From Camelus dromedarius (Eukaryota), in the NCBI RefSeq assembly GCF_036321535.1, contig NC_087443.1, positions 72,788,001-72,852,000 of the forward strand: 64,000 nt of DNA, written 5' to 3'. Shown in pieces: positions 59,641 to 64,000 of the stretch. The translations under genes were made by a program, and so were the position numbers. Within the stretch, counting starts at the first letter, position 1. Every line of letters begins with the position of its first letter. Below the pieces are notes generated by a model, which was not told where the DNA came from, did no database searches, and worked only from the letters and a program-made list of their open reading frames with translations.

Positions 59641-62600
59641 AATCAGGCTAGGCTGGGATTCTTTTCACTTAGAACCAAAAGAATAACAGGAAGAGACAAA
59701 GGCCTCTGCATGTGACCTTATAAGCCCTGGTGGGGAGTGAGGACAGAGAAGTATTCTGGAAGCTGGGAGAGGAGGAGGAGCAGGTCCGGGGTGGGGGGGC
59801 GGGGGTGGAGAACCACCCAGGGCTGAGGCTCTGGGGAGAAGAATGATTAGTGGACAGGAGGGGAGAGCACAGCTCCCCCACCGTGGGACTCTGGCAGCAG
59901 CTGGTAAATCTGTCACCTCCCGCCCTGGGGAGAGGGTCAGCACCCTCCCCTCCTAACTTCTTTTCCGAATTCACCCACCCCAGGATGTGTCTCTCAAGCT
60001 GGTAGCTGTGGTGCCACCGCCTTGGGGTCACTCCTGCCACTCTCAGTGTGTACTCCACGTGGCCAGGGGTCCTCTCCTCCCTCCCTTCTTTCTCTCCATT
60101 GAATCTGGGCCATGGAATCCCTTCCTGACCCAGGCCCAAGAGGGCTCCTCATATGGCAAACAGAGATGAGAGAACACTCCGCCTGTCCAGGTGGGCACAG
60201 GCTGTGGGGCTGACCCTGGGGGTCCTGGGGATGCACCCATCTGCAGTGCTGCTTCATTCTAGCTGGGGGTTTGGGAGAGGGCAGGCAGTGCCAGCCCACT
60301 GAGGGATTGTTCAGGGTATCAGTGAGGGTCCTGGCTGGAGAAGGATGGCTCACTCACATATGAAGGGCTGGTGACAGAGAGCCGGGCAAGGGAGGGAAAT
60401 CAGTACTGGCCCATGTGCTACGTCTGAACCTTCACCACCTCTAGCTCTGCAGGGACAAGGAAGGGGACTGATACAGGAATGGGTGGGAGCCTGCAGGAGG
60501 GGTGTCCAGGAACCCACGGTGCCCAGGCAGGGAGGGAGCCAGCAGGTAACTCCCCACCGTCACTCGCCTGCCCTGCAGAAGGAGAGTGGCTCCGGAGGGG
60601 CAGACGGAGACCCCCGTCCTCATGGTTGGCACAAGCAAGATGCCGAGGCCAACGTGGGTGGAGCTGGGTGTTCCTCCAGAAAGGGCCGCGGTGAGCAGCT
60701 GCCAGCCAGGCGCGTCACTTGTCCCCGCCACGAGGACTCTGGAAAAGCTGACCACATGGGTAATTACAGAAGCCGGAGGTGGCAAGACCTCAGAGCCACT
60801 CTGACTTCATCTTCCTGTTGGGGCAGGAGAAGGGCTCCCGGGAGGAGGAGGTGACATCTAAAGTTAGTCAGAGGCCGAGAGGAATTCAGCTCAGACTCTG
60901 CTCTTTGAACCAGTGCCGGCTTCTTTGAAAACGTGGCAAGTCCCCTTGTGCTGGTTTCCAATCTTCACATTTTAAAAAATCATCTGAGGCAAGTATGTTT
61001 TAATAGCAGGGACATATTTTCATTAGCATTTTCTGAGATGGATGATGCAATCAGATCAGGCCAAGAGAATGAAATAGTAGGTTTATAAACTAGGATGTAC
61101 ACAGATGCTTATGCTCATCGGCAGGCACAGATACAGAAATCATTCTTTTTCCCTTAAACCCAATGTAGTGTTTTGCTCTTTGTGTTACAGCATCTCCTCC
61201 CCAGAGGCCTTTCCTGTGTTTGGCATAAGTCACAGTGTAAAGAGAAGGCTCGTTAAATGCCTCCCCCGGGTGGCACTGTGGATCTATCTGGGGAAGAGAA
61301 ATACCCTCTGAGTGGATTGGCACAGGAGCTCGTTGGCGCTGGCTGTTGGGGTTGAGCTCTGGGCACGAGGAGGTTTCAAATGGGCAGTACAGCAGGGAGG
61401 GCAGCGTGTGCCCCTCTGTTGGCGGAGGGGCCAAGCCCACCACCCTCTCTGGTTGTGGGGAGCTCTTACGGGGGGTAGATCGTGGGGGCACCCCTGCACG
61501 TGGTTTACCTCTCTGTTCATTGAAATCGTTGTCTAGCTGCCATTTCCAGAGCCAACCCTAATTGTAAAATTCTCGGCTGTTGGCCCAATGCAACCTCTTA
61601 TTTGCTGCTTATGTTTTCTGGTTTAAGCTGATTTCAGCAGCTTTTGCCCGCTACCTGGGCAAGGGTGTTCCCATAGCAGTGGGTTCCCGGGTGGTCCCCC
61701 CGCCTTGGGTCGTGTGATCTGCCTGAGCTCTGCCCGCACAGCCGAGCCACCCTTGTGCCTTCTCTCTGTAGGTGGCCTCTCAGGACGGGTACCCCATGAG
61801 CCCCTCGCGGGGGTCACCGTGGAGACATGGCCTGTCACTCCAGGTGACTTAATCAGTGTGGAAAGCCCAGCTGGAAGCCTTCTGTTGGTTTTCTGCCTCC
61901 CAACACAAATGCTCTTCAAGTGGTGGTGACCTGACATGGACTCTCAAAGAAAGGCCTTTTGATCCCGGGCTGGGGATGCCTGTCCCCGCGTGCTCCCGGC
62001 TGCCTCCCTGTGGAACTGTGGCGCCCAGCTGCCCAGCCCGGCCTCTGCTGGGAGGCAGCTGACCTGAAAGTGATGTTATTTTTTTTTAACGTGGGTTTTA
62101 GTACCCAGAGCAATAATATTTTCAGCTGGTTACTGAGGCTGATCAGTGAGCCTCAGGCCTCCAGTTGGTTAAATAGAGCCGCCTTTACAGATGTATTTTG
62201 GGACAGTGCGAATCCAGGGTTCTGCATGGGACTGAGTTACCCCAAAAGGTGGTCGGCCATTTGCCTGTGGCCTGGGCCCTGCAAAACAGTCTGGGTACCT
62301 TCCCGTGGTGCCAGATCACCAGGCGGGGTTTCCAGGGCAGCTGGACACCGGGAGCTTCTCTCCTCACCCTGGAAAACGGGTGGGCACTTGTGTCCTAGAA
62401 CCCCCAGGCCCTTTAGTGATGCAGCCCCAGCCTGGGAGGGTCTTCCGGGCTGATCTGGGGAGAAATTGGACCCTAGACTCTGGGTTGAGAGGTTGCCTTG
62501 AGCCAGACCAGGAGGGCTGGGGGGTCTGACTCCACAGTGAGAGGGCTTGGGAGGGAGTTCCAGTCCGTTTGTGCTGATGTCATTTCCTCTTTTGAAATAG

Positions 62601-63733
62601 CTGTACTTTTGGACCGAGGCTGACAAATCCTTGGGTGGTGGATTTTGAAATGGTTATAAACAATTTGCAATTAGTTCCCTTGTTTAAGTGAGAAAGGCAG
62701 GCTCACCCAGGCTTTTCCTTACCTTGAGGCCTTTTATCCACTTGGCAAGTGGATCAGATGTGAGTGAGGGAGCCCCTCTTGGCTCAAGGAAAATACAACG
62801 GTCTTGTCTTACAAGGTTTCACTTCTTTAGCCCCTGGATCCCACTGGCTTGGCCAGCGATCTGGATCCTAAATTCCTTGGTGTTGTTGAGAAAGAGCTTC
62901 AGGCTTAGAGGTCCAAGTCCCAGCCCTGCCACCTCCCCCTGAATGACCCTGGGCAACTTACTGAACCTCCCACTCTCCATATGTGATGAAGGGTTATGCC
63001 AGCAGCTCCTGCTCTCTCACATCACTACCTGGGCTCTTTTTGAGGTTCAGATGAGCATCTGAAAAATCTCCATATGTTCACTTTATAAGCTGAAAAGCTG
63101 TAAAAGATACAGCATCCGTATGATTGTCTTCTCTTGGACAGCGCAGTAGTAACAATGGTGATAATTATGGCCACTGTTAATTGAGTAGTTACCATGTGCC
63201 TGGCTTTATCACATTCTCACTGCACAGTTGCCTTCCATGTAGGTGCTTTTTCCATCTGCATTGTATATGGACAGTGGAAACTGTCCAAGGTCCCGCAGTT
63301 TGTAAGGTCTGAGTGACCTCAGGCAGCCTCTCCGGGGCCTTCTCGTTTGGTGGCTCTGTTTTCCAGTGGAGTCCTTTGCTTTATCTAAGTTGGTGATTCT
63401 CAACCCCAGCTGCCTGGGTGCTCAGCCCCCATTGCCAGAGGGTCTGACCCCGCTGGTGTAGTGTGGGGCCAGAGCACAGCATTTTCTCCCCAGTGATTCC
63501 AACGCACTGCTCAAGAGAAGACGTGCTGTTCTAAGCCAGAGTCCAGGATGGGGCAGGGCAGGCTGGACTGGGCATCAGGGCTCCTCCCCTCTCTGGGCCT
63601 CAGCTTCCTGCCCTGCAGAAGGAGGGCATTGGTCAGGTGACCTCCAGGGAGTCCTCTCCAGGGGCCTCTAAGGTTCTCTGACTATAAGAAGCTCGTCAGC
63701 AAACCTATTATTGTTCTTTTCCTTCTGTTTTAG

Positions 63734-64000
<267 letters not shown>

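Overview
Mammalian genomic DNA, + strand, covering coding exons 2, 3 and 4 of GRK5 (G protein-coupled receptor kinase 5): 22-117, 51401-51513 and 63734-63811, all with AG/GT boundaries and consistent phases. About 99.5% of the window is intron (intron 2 = 51,283 bp; intron 3 = 12,220 bp). Eight copies of a tRNA-Ala-derived SINE resemble the camelid vic-1 family, so the source is probably alpaca or camel (inference). The introns also hold old L1, L2, MIR, MLT1 and hAT fossils, a 134-N assembly gap and a ~1.95 kb G-rich minisatellite that produces the 937-aa and 696-aa antisense ORFs. I found no prokaryotic-type system (no CRISPR array, operon or intact transposase). The most interesting leads are: the switch-region-like minisatellite with an internal 175-bp higher-order repeat; a candidate 21-nt stop-containing microexon with downstream RBFOX motifs; a hairpin resembling human MIR4681; a MIR-derived candidate poison exon; a CpG-rich CRE-bearing patch in intron 3; and an apparent E100K change in GRK5. 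Repeat family names and human/bovine comparisons are from memory of consensus sequences, not from database searches, and repeat boundaries without target-site duplications are approximate.
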